From Euprymna scolopes (taxonomy: Eukaryota): 64,000 nucleotides of DNA. Each line of letters starts with the position of its first letter. The first letter of the stretch is position 1. This document shows positions 40,411 to 52,784 of this stretch, piece after piece. The notes below the pieces were generated by a model. The model searched no databases, had not been told where the DNA came from, and saw nothing but the letters and a program-made list of their open reading frames with translations. The stretch lies in the NCBI GenBank assembly GCA_053919585.1, contig CM132793.1. One strand, 5' to 3'. The position numbers were made by a program, and so were the translations under genes.

Positions 40411-40605
40411 CTTTCACCTCCATTTTATTTCATATATATATATATATATATAATGTATGTATGTATGTACAGATGTGTGTGTGTATGTGCATATATATAT
40501 TCCATAATTTAATTCTTTCAATATCTGTCCTTTAATTCAATTAATAATACATGTTAGTTATGTTGATATTCTTTATTTTCATTCATTGAATCTTTATCTT
40601 TTCAG

Positions 40606-40869
40606 ATATTTCAAGATGGTGAAATCCTGCTGCAAAATTTTGGTAATAAAATCTACCTTTGCTGATTTTGTTGACTTTGCTGTGACTCCCAGTTAAAGAT
40701 CCCCCACCTCTGAAATCGATCTTACCTTCCCCCCTCCAAAGAGTATGCACTTAGACTTTCTTACAGAGAGTGTCCAACCCCCCACTGGTGTGTTATCAAT
40801 CCCCCCTGACCTCGGCCAGTCACACTCTCTTATTCCCCTGCTTGACCTTCTACACTCCATTACCCCATC
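40606..40869 (+). promoter_or_regulatory. Probable 5' UTR part of the first POMGNT1 coding exon, with two upstream AUGs (40616, 40745)
   Basis: Strong acceptor tctttatcttttcag ends at 40605, followed by GC-richer non-repetitive sequence up to the ATG at 40870. This implies an unlocated upstream non-coding exon. Confidence 0.6.
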
Positions 40870-40995
40870 ATGGAGAACTGGGTGCCGAACCCTAATGCTC
40901 AGCCATTTATACCACGTCGACGAATGGCCCGCAATACGAATGGGCACTATGTGCGAACATATTCAAGAAAGAAAATACTTGCAAAAATATTCCAG
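40870..40995 (+). CDS. POMGNT1: POMGNT1 coding exon 1 (cytoplasmic tail), MENWVPNPNAQPFIPRRRMARNTNGHYVRTYSRKKILAKIFQ
   Basis: ATG in atcATGg context, 126 nt, donor CAG|gtaaat. Resembles the human N-terminus as recalled (MDDWKPSP...ALRRFCQ) and splices in phase 0 to the next exon. Confidence 0.88.
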
Positions 40996-41269
40996 GTAAA
41001 TAAGTAATGTTGTTGGTTTTTCCATGTTTTTTTTTGTATATTTTTGTGTTTGTTTCTTATTCATTCAGTGTCCTTGGAGACCATATTGCTGGATCATAAA
41101 ATATTAGAAAATAGAAATAAAGATGGATTCGTTAAATATAATTTGCATATTATCAATTACTCTTGTTTGACTGTTTCATGGCACATAGGCTACATGGCTC
41201 TGATTTACCACATGGTGGATATGTGCGTCTGTTTTACAACATGTTGGTCCTATTGGTATGTTATACTGC

Positions 41270-41459
41270 ACGATTGGCATGTTGGCCATATGGGTACATA
41301 TTCCGGCATGTTGGCCATATCGGTAACGTATTCCGGCATGTTGGCCATATTGGTAACGTATTCCAGCATGTTGGCCATATCGATACCGTATTCCGGCATG
41401 TTGGCCATATCGGTACCGTATTCCGGCATGTTGGCCATATCGGTACCGTATTCCGGCAT
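41270..41459. repeat. 30-bp minisatellite (ttccggcatgttggccatatcggtaccgta), left part
   Basis: Units start at 41301, 41331, 41361, 41391, 41421 and 41451; more degenerate further upstream. Confidence 0.95.
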
Positions 41460-44400
41460 ATTTTTTTTTTTTTTTAATTTTTTTTTATTACATTTTCACC
41501 CCAAACAAGACAAATTGCCACTTTGGTGTAGGGGGCTACTATCAGGGGCAACAACTACTGGGGTACTATGTAGGGATTTAGGCAGCAAGATGTCGGTTCA
41601 CGTTACACTTGAACTTCTGTACGTCAGTACTGTTGGAGAAGCAGGGACCTGGAATGGAATTCCAGAGTCTAGCGGTTCTGGGGAAGAAACTATTGGAGTA
41701 AAAAGCTCTTTTACATCTAGGAATCTCTACAGTGTGGTTGTGGGATTTAGCAGCCTGTCGGGTTTGTCGAGGGTGCTCACGTCGTGGGAGCACAAGTGAT
41801 TGCAGTTCGTCAAAGCATTCACCACTTAAATACTTGTAGAAAAGGCAGAGGGATACAACATTTCGTCGATAGGACAGAGGCTGAAGCTTAGATGCCAGTT
41901 CAGGGCCTATCAGGTTTGCGACTCTCTTTTGAACCTTGTCAAGGAGCGAGAGACTAGTAGCAGATGCACCAGCCCAGATGTGACTGCAATACTCCATACA
42001 TGGGCGAATGGTGGCCTTATAGAGGTACAGAATACTTTCGGGTGTTAGTAGTTGTCTAGCACGGTAGAGAGAGCCCACCTTTCTTGCAGCGGCCCTGGCA
42101 ATGCCTTCAATGTAATTGTTCCAACTCCTGTTTCCTGTGAACGTTAGGCCAAGGAGTTTGAAAGATGTACTCTCAGATAAAGAGTCGTTGACAATTGCTA
42201 TAGGTGGTAGAGAGGGTTTCTTGTAATTATTGAATGAAACTAGTTTAGTCTTGGCAGCATTGAATGCGACCAACCACTTTTGTCCCCATTCCACCACAGA
42301 TTGGAGGTCTTCCTCTAGTGTTTCTGCCATTTCTTTAGAAATGTGTTCATTCGTCTTCCTGTCGTGCCTGCCATAGAGTGTAGTGTCATCAGCATATATA
42401 CCCATCTCAGAGGCAATTTTGTCGGGGAGGTCATTTATGAATATCAGGAACAATAGAGGTCCAAGGATAGAACCCTGGGGCACCCCCGCATTTATATCAT
42501 ATTGTTTAGATGTACGACCGTCGAGGATAACCTGGATTTTTCTCTTATCTAAGAAGGATTTAATTATGTTAAATATTCTACCAGTGATACCGTATGATCT
42601 AATTTTCCTGAGGAGACCCTCATGCCATACCCTGTCAAAAGCCTTAGATATATCTAGAGCTACCGCTCTGCCCTCCCCCGCTTTGTCCAGTGAATGGTAT
42701 ATACGTTCAGAGATTACAGTTAGGATGTCTGCTGTGGAACGGGCTTGTCTAAATCCATATTGTTGGGCAGTCAGAAGTTTAGCATCTGTAAGGTGCCGGA
42801 CTAGAGTATGGTTAATTAAGGTCTCAAATATTTTGGCAAAAAGTGGGAGGAGGCTAATGGGGCGATAATTTGATGGGTCAGTCCTTTCGCCAGAATTCTT
42901 GAATACTGGTACAACAGAAGCAGTTTTCCAACAGCCCGGAAAGCATGATTCATTAAGGCATTTGTTGTAGAGTTTGGAGAGAACTGGAGCTACTTCGGCT
43001 GAGCACTTTTTAATAGCACAGCTGGGATAAGATCGGGTCCACATGCTTTTGAAGTGTCAAGGTTTTTATGATAGCATGCACCTGAGCAGGGGTGGTTTTC
43101 AGATCGTCTAGCGTGGCGTCTGTCCGCATAGGAAAGTCAGGTAGGGGATGGTTGGAAGGGTCCAGTGTGGATTTTGAGGCAAACCAACTGGCAAGCATGT
43201 TAGCCTTGTCGGTTGCTGAGGAGACAACCTTGTGATTGTTGGTTAGTGGGGGAATTGTTGATTGCCCATTATTTACTACACTGTTGTAGATTTTCCAGAA
43301 GTCTCGAGTTCCTAGTTTTTGTGCTTCGATGCGCTTTTTAGTGGTTTCCGTAAATTCTCTCTTAGCTGTCGCTATTTCTTTCTTAACGTTATTTCTAGCT
43401 TCTATATACTTCAGTCTGTTTGAACTGGACTTATGTCGGTTAAACCTACGGTATGCATGCTGCTTTTGAGCAATGGCAGTTACGCAAGTCAACGTAAACC
43501 ATTGGGGAGAGTGGGGCTTACTATAAAATTTCCGCATGGGAACATGCGCTTCGATTGCAGTTTTGAACCAGTCAGTGGTTTCGTTTGCACACTGTTCAGC
43601 AGGGAGAGAAAAAATATTTCTCTTGGGGTATCTCTGATTAGTTCCCTGATGGCTTCCCAATCAGCCTTTTTATAATATCTCGTTGTTTTGAGCACTGGCT
43701 CTTCAGTTTTGGCTCTAGGGTTTAGGGCGATTTCAACCATTATCACTGCATGATCAGCGTTCCCGAGTGGGCTGTGGGCCTTTGTTATGCAGTCATCGGG
43801 AACTGTGGTCAAAAACAGATCTAGAAGTGATGCGTGTTGTTCTTCCTGGTCAGGGAAACGGGTTGGAAACATAACAATTTGTGATAAGGAGTGAGATATA
43901 GTGAAGCTATGAGTTGTGCTGCCCGCTGCATCTGTGTAAGTAGAGAATCCAAGCCAGTTTTTGTGGTGGACATTAAAGTCACCAAATACATGTATTTGTG
44001 CGCTAGTGTCAAGGGACAGTGCCGTGTTTATGCTGTCAGAGACTTTGTTTATTATGGTGCAGTCCTGAGTCGAGAGAGAGCGGTAGAGAAAATAATAGTA
44101 GCTAATATTGTGTTGCATGTTTAGTCTTGATCATCTGTTTCTAGGTTTGTTTCTCTAGTCAGGGGGAGGGTATTACGAATGTAAACTTCAAGTCTGTGCA
44201 TATGTCTGTCAGAGTCCTTACGGCAGAGTGGGAGATATCCAGGCACGTTAAAGTGGTTAGAAGGGATGGAGGAGTGTAGGTTAGTCTCACTTAGTGCTAA
44301 GATATCCGGGGTATTTGTTAAGAGAAATGCTTCAACATCAGCTAAATTAGTTCTAAGCCCACGGATATTTGTGAATGCAAGCCTCAAGGGAGGAGGCAAG

Positions 44401-44547
44401 TTGAATTTGTTTGTCCCTAAGCCTGGTTTAAGCTTATTTTTAGATTGTACTGTCGTCATATTTTTTTTAAAGAGTTTCGGTTTAGGTAAGGGGGAGCTAA
44501 ACAAGAGGTTATGCAGAGCATCAGACATGCATCACAAGTAGACCATA
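41460..44547 (-). mobile_element. Near full-length CR1/L2-group LINE (APE endonuclease + RT), frameshifted, antisense in a POMGNT1 intron
   Basis: ORF pieces 44121-44528 (TNIRGL, LSET), 43489-44118 (GDFNVHH, LDLF, ADH), 43010-43660 and 41578-43044 (NYRPISLL, QYGFR, LDISKAFD, GVPQGS, YADD, MEYCSHIW). Poly-A tail is seen as poly-T at 41461-41490. Candidate TSD cggcat at 41454-41459 and 44548-44553. Confidence 0.95.
41578..43044 (-). pseudogene. Open RT-domain segment (488 aa) of the LINE ORF2, cut off from the APE domain by frameshifts
   Basis: Complete RT motifs including YADD; the upstream segments lie in different frames. Confidence 0.9.
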
Positions 44548-44735
44548 CGGCATGTTGACCGTATGGCTCCTTATTCCGGCATGTTGACCGTATGGCTCCG
44601 TATTCCGGTATTTTGACTATGGTTCTGTACTCCAGCACATTGGCCATTAATGTCCATTATATGGCATGTTGGCCATATGGCTCCGTATTGTTGGACCATG
44701 TTGGCCACATGAGTCATTTCTATACATGCTAGCCA
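44548..44735. repeat. Continuation of the same minisatellite (about 29-bp units) on the other side of the LINE
   Basis: tattccggcatgttgaccgtatggctcc units that decay to the right. Confidence 0.9.
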
Positions 44736-45794
44736 TTTAAATGGTTCTTTTGAAAATTAAGGAGGCAATGGTTGATATCTTTGTGACATTAGTCTATAAA
44801 TTAAGAAAATAAATCTGGATTTAAAACCTATTTCATGGTTCCATACATTACATCAGTAATCATTCTGCCATTTTTAGATGCGCTTGAAACCAGTAATAGA
44901 TCATATATAATAAATTATCTATGAAATGTAAGTCATATTTACTAAAATAACCAATGCTTCTATAGAAATGAATTTCTGCAAAGCCTTCTCATGCAAATCT
45001 AATCCTCAGCACAGTGTCTAAAACTTGTATTCCTATAGACCATTAACGTGGCTTTTACATATTATGGATTAAAAATATAGTTAATAAGATCATGTTAATT
45101 TTTTTTTTAAAGTATTGCCTCTTCAAAGTCTTTTTTCAACTAATATCGTGAATTAAAATATGTTGGTGCCATGTTCAATTTCGCTTCTAACTTAACGCTT
45201 CTGATTAATGTCAATTGAAAGAAGATTATCTTGGAAGACAATTTACTAGAAATGAATCTGATTTTATTAGCTATGTAGTCATATTTGTCCGTCTGATTAT
45301 ATATTACCAGGTGGATGTTTTAGAGAAAAATAATTCAAAAGATACATTTTTATTTTTTAAAATAAGATTGTAAAAAAATTGTTTTACTTTTCCCTTATTT
45401 TAATTTTGGTTTCACTAAACATTCAATTAATAGTCAAAAAATGTTGGAAATATTCTAATTTGCATAAGTGAGTATTTTTTTTGCACACTTAAGAGCGACT
45501 GTAAAAGTCGGCGTTAGTCTTTACAAAAAGAACTGCAACGAAGAGAACTTTAAAAAATGTTGGACGGCGTTAATTGCTTAAACAAAAAAAAAACAAAGGA
45601 AGAGTAACTATGCTCTGCTAACAGAGTAACTCACCTCTAACAACGGACTTTCTGAAAAAAGGAAAACCCTTCCAAAACAACCGTTTTTTGGAATCCTGAC
45701 TAAGTATCTCTTTTATTGTATTTTTTAAAAAATATTATATGTTTGAATGCAATGATTTACTTTGTTCAGTTTATTTACATTTATCCTATATTAT

Positions 45795-46029
45795 AGCTTC
45801 TTTCTTAGAACTGCACGCCTATGGAACTCTGTTCCGTCTGCCTGCTTTCCACCTGACTACAACCTGGATGTCTTCAAGTCCAACGTTAACAATTCCTAAT
45901 GAACCACCCTCTTAAGTAAACACTTCATTAAATCTCTACACTAACGTACTGTACTTGCAATAACCCTTATCCCGGAGTGGCTGCCAGGCCTTGATAAGTG
46001 GTGACCACCGTGTGAAAAAAAAAAAAAAA
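45795..46029 (+). mobile_element. Short CR1-type 3' end with poly-A
   Basis: Nearly identical to 55490-55735. Confidence 0.9.
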
Positions 46030-47225
46030 GTAAAGAAGTTTTTGCCTTTACTATACAGGTCAGAAATTAATCCTCCAAATAATTCCCAACAAAAAAAATA
46101 ATTCTATGCATTTATAAAAGTTATATTTAGTTGACAAACACAGACACAAGAGATTTTTCTGATATTTTTAATAAAGATAAAAAATGTATTTATAAAGTTA
46201 TCTTGTGGGTTGATTGCCAGCAGACATATATGGCATCAATATTTGTTCCTGTCTCGTGTCATAATCCGTTTTTGTGACTAAAGATGTTTTATATTTTTGG
46301 CCCTTTTTACAACTATGTCAGTAACAATGTTTTATTGACTAGGAGAGTCGTCTGTCAGGCAGAATCAGTTAACAAAAACACAAAATACAATGCACAAAGT
46401 AAAAATGTATTAAACAGAAAGTTTTATTTTAGAAAGTGGTTATTGAAGAGGTGCACTAGAAGATATGTTTTATTGTTTAAAACGAGGTATGAATTTATGT
46501 ATGTCAACATAAAATGAGAAACCGTCCTTTGGCCAATATGCAAATAAATGTATATAGAGATGATAGCGATGTCTTTAGTTAACTTGGAGATATGTTGATA
46601 TCCCATTGGCCTTTGTTAATTCCACGTTAGAGGATGAATAATAATTTTTGTCTTCAAGTTCGGTTAATAAACAAGTCCAAATTTTCCTAAGAGAGGTCGC
46701 TCACCCAAAGTGAACACTTCCCAAAATTGTATTTAACTAACTTATTAAAAGTCCTTTAAAAGTATACCATGGAATTAGTGTACTCTACCCTAAAGTTGCT
46801 TATTCTTTTTTATTATTATTTTATTATATCCTTTTTTTCGGACCCCCACCTTTGATTCAAGAAGGGGTGAATTCTACATTAAATCCTTCATCCATTATTG
46901 GCTACACAAGGGAGAGCAGTGAAAGAAAGAGAGAAGCATACTGTGGGCTCTTTTCATTCGCATATTCCTTCCTCTTCTCTTAATAATTAAGATAAAAGCA
47001 AGGTTCATTTATGTGCACCATCGTCTTCTCCAAGCGGTCAAGTAATCATATAATCTTGATCATATACTCATGAGTGAAATACGAAATTTTTCAATCAATG
47101 TTATTTGCATAATGAAAAAGGAATTCAAACTTTTTTTTCATTACGTACATACTATATCTAACAAATAAAATAAAACAAAAAAAAAAGACATGGATTTCAA
47201 TGAATTCAAGGCTAATACTGATTAG

Positions 47226-47272
<47 letters not shown>

Positions 47273-49334
47273 TGGAAGTTTTGGACCTTTAAAATTATAT
47301 AAAAAAAATTGTTTACTTTTTATATTTTTTATCATTCATTAGAAAGCTATTTAGTCAGTAAGTCATTTAATCACCTACAATCGCTGCATTAACTTTCAAA
47401 ACAAAACAGTATATTAAATCATGGCTCCCCAGCAGTGTTGATCAAACACTACCTCCCTTAATCTCAAGAACAAAAAAATGTTACAGATATTAGATCTAGT
47501 TTCCTACTCTTAATTAATTTGGCTAGTCTATTCATGCTATAAAAAATGTCTTCCTTATCTGTGAGATTCGTCTGTTTCCAAATTAAAAAATAACCGATTG
47601 AAATCTGACTATTATAATAGACCTATATATTTCTTGTATCACCTTGATGTAATTTTTTTCTTTTTCTCTCTGTAAAATATGTATCAAATGCTACAAGGTA
47701 ACTATTACTTAATTGGCCCTTTGTCATTATTAAACCTGGTCATGATGATGGCTGTAAGAAAGTTGTAAGTATTTTTTAGGCTTAAGTATCAACTTAAAAA
47801 TCGGTTCTGCATATATAATTAGGTATTATGTCAATATTTTGTTTCAAATTGTATTTTGTAATCACAAAACGAAAAGTACTCAAGTTCTTACTGAATGATT
47901 TCACACATCTGTTCCATATTTTTTCTCATCTGGTTTACATTTTATGAAATACACAAAGGTTTTCTTAAAAATTGTAGTCTTTATTTGGATACACTTAAGT
48001 ACATAGTAATTTAACTAGTTTCAATGTTAAAAAAAAAATCACCTATTAAATTTTATATGGTAAATAAGTATTTTTTTATTAGTTATATTTACTAAAACAA
48101 TATAACATTCTGTCTATGGCCAACACCCTGGTAAAACCAGGTATGTACCGTTGCTAGTTTATTAATAAAGATTTTGGTAAAAATTCCTTTTGCAACTGTT
48201 TGCCACATTGCAAACTACATCTGGTTGTCTTACTATGTTCTCTTTCTTTCTTAGCGAAAAGTATAAAAATCGGTAAATTGTGAAACGTTTGTGTAAATGT
48301 TTATATTATTTACATTAAAGAAAAGTAATCATGTTGTGCGTTATATTACTTTAATTGTTTAGAATAATTGTTGAATAGTGGAAAATGCATCCACTTTAAA
48401 AGTTTTCGCAGCTGGAATAATTATTTTCATAAAAAAAGCTGATGGCAAAATAAAGTATGCTTGTCTGTAGCTCTCTAATGAAAGAGGGGAAAAAAATGAA
48501 AACTAAACCTAATCAAGTATCAATATGTCAGATGGATTGCTATTTGAGTCTTAATTTGAAAATCTGGTATGATAACTTTATATGTTAAAAGATAAGAAAA
48601 ATCTTTTTTCTGTAATCATTGCATTTTGTTCTTCATCATTGAAATATTGGGAAAAGCCAATCTATATATTTTTTTGATTTAATATGGAGAACTCCACCAA
48701 AATAATTAATTTAAAAATAGAAATGCACTATTTCATAAACATAAAAGAAAAACTTGCATTTCCTGGAAAATTGAATGAGAAACACCATCTTTTTGTACCC
48801 AACCTATGACATCATATTACAATTTATTATTATTTTTTTTACATTTTATAACATTCAATTTTTAAAGGGTGTGTCCTAAGAATGTATTCAACATTGAAGC
48901 AAGAGGGGGAAGGCGGAACCTAAGTAAAATGACATTAATGAAATAAATTTATAGGGACAACCACTTTTTCCTGAAATCAATAAAGACAGACCCCTATTCA
49001 AGCCATAAACCCTTTATTAACATTTCTGTTGTGTTTTTTTTTTTAATTTTGATAATGATAAATAAAATATAACAAAGTGTATTTTTTATATATCGAGTAT
49101 GAATGTTGAACACTCATGATAATGCTGTACTTTCTTTAATCAAAATGAAATATACTTATCCAAGTATCATGGGTAATATAGTTTAAGAATATGCATGGTT
49201 ATGAGGGTCTATCTCCAAAACCGTACAAGGTATATGTAAACAGGCAGACGGAAAGTACAACTTTATTATAAAAATGTGAGATTTTATGGCATCTAATAAC
49301 TTGATTTCAACATGTTTTACTTGTATCTCTTCAG

Positions 49335-49431
49335 GTGAGCCTGGTAATAGTGCTGTTTATCACAGTCGTCATCAACATTACATTTTTACTTGACACTGGC
49401 AAGAAACAGCAGGATGACTATGCTAAACTTT
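49335..49431 (+). CDS. POMGNT1: POMGNT1 coding exon 2 (type II transmembrane anchor), VSLVIVLFITVVINITFLLDTGKKQQDDYAKL
   Basis: Acceptor tctcttcag, donor gtaagt, 97 nt ending in phase 1. Resembles human ...LLVTVIVNIKLILDT. Confidence 0.9.
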
Positions 49432-52097
49432 GTAAGTATATGCTATTTTTCTACAATTTATTGTTGATGCTTCCTTTGTGATACGACAGAAAACTGTTCT
49501 TTTGCCTCTGTTGTCATAAGCAAATTTGTATAGAAACCATTTTGAGAGCTCATATGATCTTGACTGGAAGATGTCTATCCCAATAATGCTTATATATTAA
49601 CAACCTTATAATACACACAGATGTGATGTCATACCACTAAGGTAAAATAAATTGTTTGATTGTCCATTAAAATAGAAAACAAGAATGACTTTAAATATAA
49701 ATTTTATTTCAATTTTATTAATAAAAATATATAATTTTTCAATATCCATTCCAATTTTACAGATATGTTTTTATTAAATTTTAAAATAAATTTCAAGCTT
49801 GGTTACATTTCTTCTCTCCATTTCTTTACATAACTAGCAAGAATATATAGAGGAGTGTTGGAATGATTAATCGGAATTTGGAATCGAAAAACTGACTTTT
49901 TGGGAAATCAGAATTGGAAAAATTTGTGCTTATTTTTCAATGCTCAAAATGATTTTTTTTCATTGTTTTTATTTCTTTGATTTTGTTTAAAACTTAATTT
50001 TCCACAACTCATATTAATGATGAAATAGTAAATATTTATAGATTATAAACTATTAGTAAAACTAAAATCTATAGGTCACACCCATAAGTGTATTTTTACA
50101 TTTACAAAAAAAAATGTGCACATATTATATGGGTTTTTGCGGTTCTCTGACCCTCTTATATGCAAAGAACAACTGCGGGTAGAAATTTAAAAAGAATTGG
50201 AATTGGGAATTTAGAAGAGAATTGGTAATTGTATTGGAATCAGGAAAACTTTTTGGAATCATGACATGATTAAATGACGGAAGCAGAGAGGTGGAACACC
50301 TTTTCATATAGTAATAGTCTGGTTTAAGCATGAATATTAGATTTGCTCACTCATTTTTTGTTATTTTATAGCAATTCAGAGATTTAAAACGTTTTTCTTA
50401 CTTTGCTTTCATTTATTGCCTTTCTAATTCAAACCACTTTCAGACACTCTTTGAAGTATTTTTCAAACTATTTTTTTCAAACTATTTTTCTACTTAATCC
50501 ATTTTGTCTATCTTTGTAGATTTATTTGTTTAATTATTTTGTGCTTTCATTTCTGTAACCAAAATTATGTTGCAGTTCTTAAACACTTATATTTTCACAT
50601 TTTTCTGTTTTGAGTATTAAGAATAATTTAACATTATCAAATATGTTTGCTATGCGCACCTATTTGACATAAGAGACAAACAAATGTTTGTGTTCTGTGT
50701 TGCATGATAGTGAATGTTGGATCCAATTAGAATTGGAGATAAATTTCAACTGGAGAAAAGTTAAAATGTTATGGTTTGCAAAATCTGAGATAATTCCTAT
50801 AACATCTCTCTACTAAAAATTAAAAATACTTGTATTCAACTGTTAAGATCATGTAAACTGTCGTAGTGGGTGGATTAAAAAATATACAAAAATTGTGATC
50901 CCTGGGTAGAAATAGGTGGTGGTGAAGAGGGCATCCACGTGAAAGATCCAAGATTAGCTAATCAGAGTAAAAGAGGATAAGAAAATGACCACTGCTTGTG
51001 AGAAGATTGAAGTCAAATGATGATGACTTTAGATTAAATTTAATGCCTTTTGAGTTTTACATTTCCATAAGGCAAGTATGAACAACATAATTTTCTATTG
51101 GAAAATATAAATTAAATGATGGGATTATGAATCTGGATTATTATATCCACAATGTTCAGCATCCTATCGCTGAGAATCAATTTTGTGGAGAAATTCCAAG
51201 CAAGCTAAGAATTTAATGACCCAATAGTAAACTTCAAAGACAACCATACATTTTTTTTTTTTTGCTTTTTTTTTCTTAATAATAGTCTGTTTGATGGCAT
51301 TATGTGGGGCAGTATTGCCTTAGCCACTGAAACTGTTACCACTCCCAGTTGAAGGAGGACAGATTCTCGCATATTCTATCATGCATATGTTGAATACCTA
51401 CTAGACACTATCCGTGACTGTCTCTGGTCTCTCTGTGCAGGGGTTTGTTAAGACAACCTGACATGAGGATTGTTTCCCCTTACAAATAAATGCTGACCAT
51501 ATATTCAAAGTAACATAGTATTCAAATAAAATCCCCTTGGTATGGCTACATCACACTGACTTATGCGACGAATGTACACCTTCTCAAAGTGATATTACCT
51601 ATAGTAATAGCACTAAGTTCATTAGAGTAGTTGAATTCTGGTCTTGGAATCTGGTACAACTTTATTATAAAAATGTGAGATTTTATGGCATCTAATAACT
51701 TTTGATAAACCACAAACCACAAGAAAGAAATACTATAACACAATTAACTGTCCAGTTGTGGAGAGGGAAATTAATGTTCATTTCTTTATAAAAATAACAT
51801 TTGAGATATAAAGAACTTTAACAGAATATTTCTCATATAGAAATCAAGTCTCCAAAAGGACTAACACTTGATTTCTGATAAATTGAAGTAAAAAAAAAAA
51901 AAAAATGTTGTAGACCTACTTAATAGCACATAGTTTATTGTCTGGCATTCTTCAAACAATTTGTATTAAGAAAATTATTGTTAAAGAAAATCATAAGAAA
52001 ATGTCAGTCAGCATAGACTATTGGCATTTTTTCTCTTTTGTTCCCATTTTTCCTCTTTATTTTTTTAAATTGCAAAATAAAATTTTTTCTTTTGCAG

Positions 52098-52219
52098 CTG
52101 GAGTGAGCACTGCTTTCCGTGAAAACGCACAGAAGGGGAAGGAGAGACTTGGAAAGACACTGTCCGTAATCGTTGTTTCCAGCAAAGATTCAGTCAGTGT
52201 TTCCGTAGATGGAACGGCC
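52098..52219 (+). CDS. POMGNT1: POMGNT1 coding exon 3 (start of stem), SGVSTAFRENAQKGKERLGKTLSVIVVSSKDSVSVSVDGTA
   Basis: Acceptor ttcttttgcag, donor gtaagt, 122 nt restoring phase 0. Resembles human [20 protein letters not shown]. Confidence 0.9.
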
Positions 52220-52784
52220 GTAAGTTTTCATTCTTTTTAAAGAGTAAATTTTAGCTTTTGTTGAATTCATTATTGTGTATCTAAAAGTACAATTTATCTT
52301 TGGAAGGTAAATTTGTTGATGAAGGAAAGCAACTTATGAATGCATGATGTTGTTGATTATAGAGACCAGAAGACAATTCATATTGTTTACTTTTCATAAC
52401 TGTGATTAAAATGTTCTCCGGATGCCTTTCTCTTGGACAGATAGTTTGAACATGTTCAAGAAGTGCTTATTATGCACTCTAAAACAATTTCAAATACTTA
52501 AAAATTTTAATTTTGAGAATATTTATTAGTGTCCAATATTTATTGTTGAAATTTCACAAAAATCAGAGACATTTGAATTTTTCTCAAAGGCTTTTGCACC
52601 ATTTTTACCTCCTTTGTAGAAAACTAAATTAAACTAACTGCAACCCATATTTGGAACCCTTATGCCTAGCAGCTGTGTTCCAGAATTCATAATGATCAGT
52701 TAATTAGTTTAGGAGTAAATCCTATACATACAAACATATACACATACCTAAGTTTATGTAAATATATTGGTTTTATATATATTA

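Larger units (their letters stand above)
40261..40435. repeat. Spacerless ~175-bp palindrome centred on TGACGTCA, probably a Penelope-like or retrozyme inverted remnant
   Basis: Arms 40261-40348 and 40349-40435 are reverse complements with a few mismatches; TA runs lie on both sides. Confidence 0.95.

Noticed and set aside
41044-41799. 251-aa and His-rich repeat ORFs (RHVGHIGTVF, YSGMLAISVP)
   Set aside because: These are translations of a 30-bp minisatellite running into the antisense LINE tail, inside an intron, with no exon signals.
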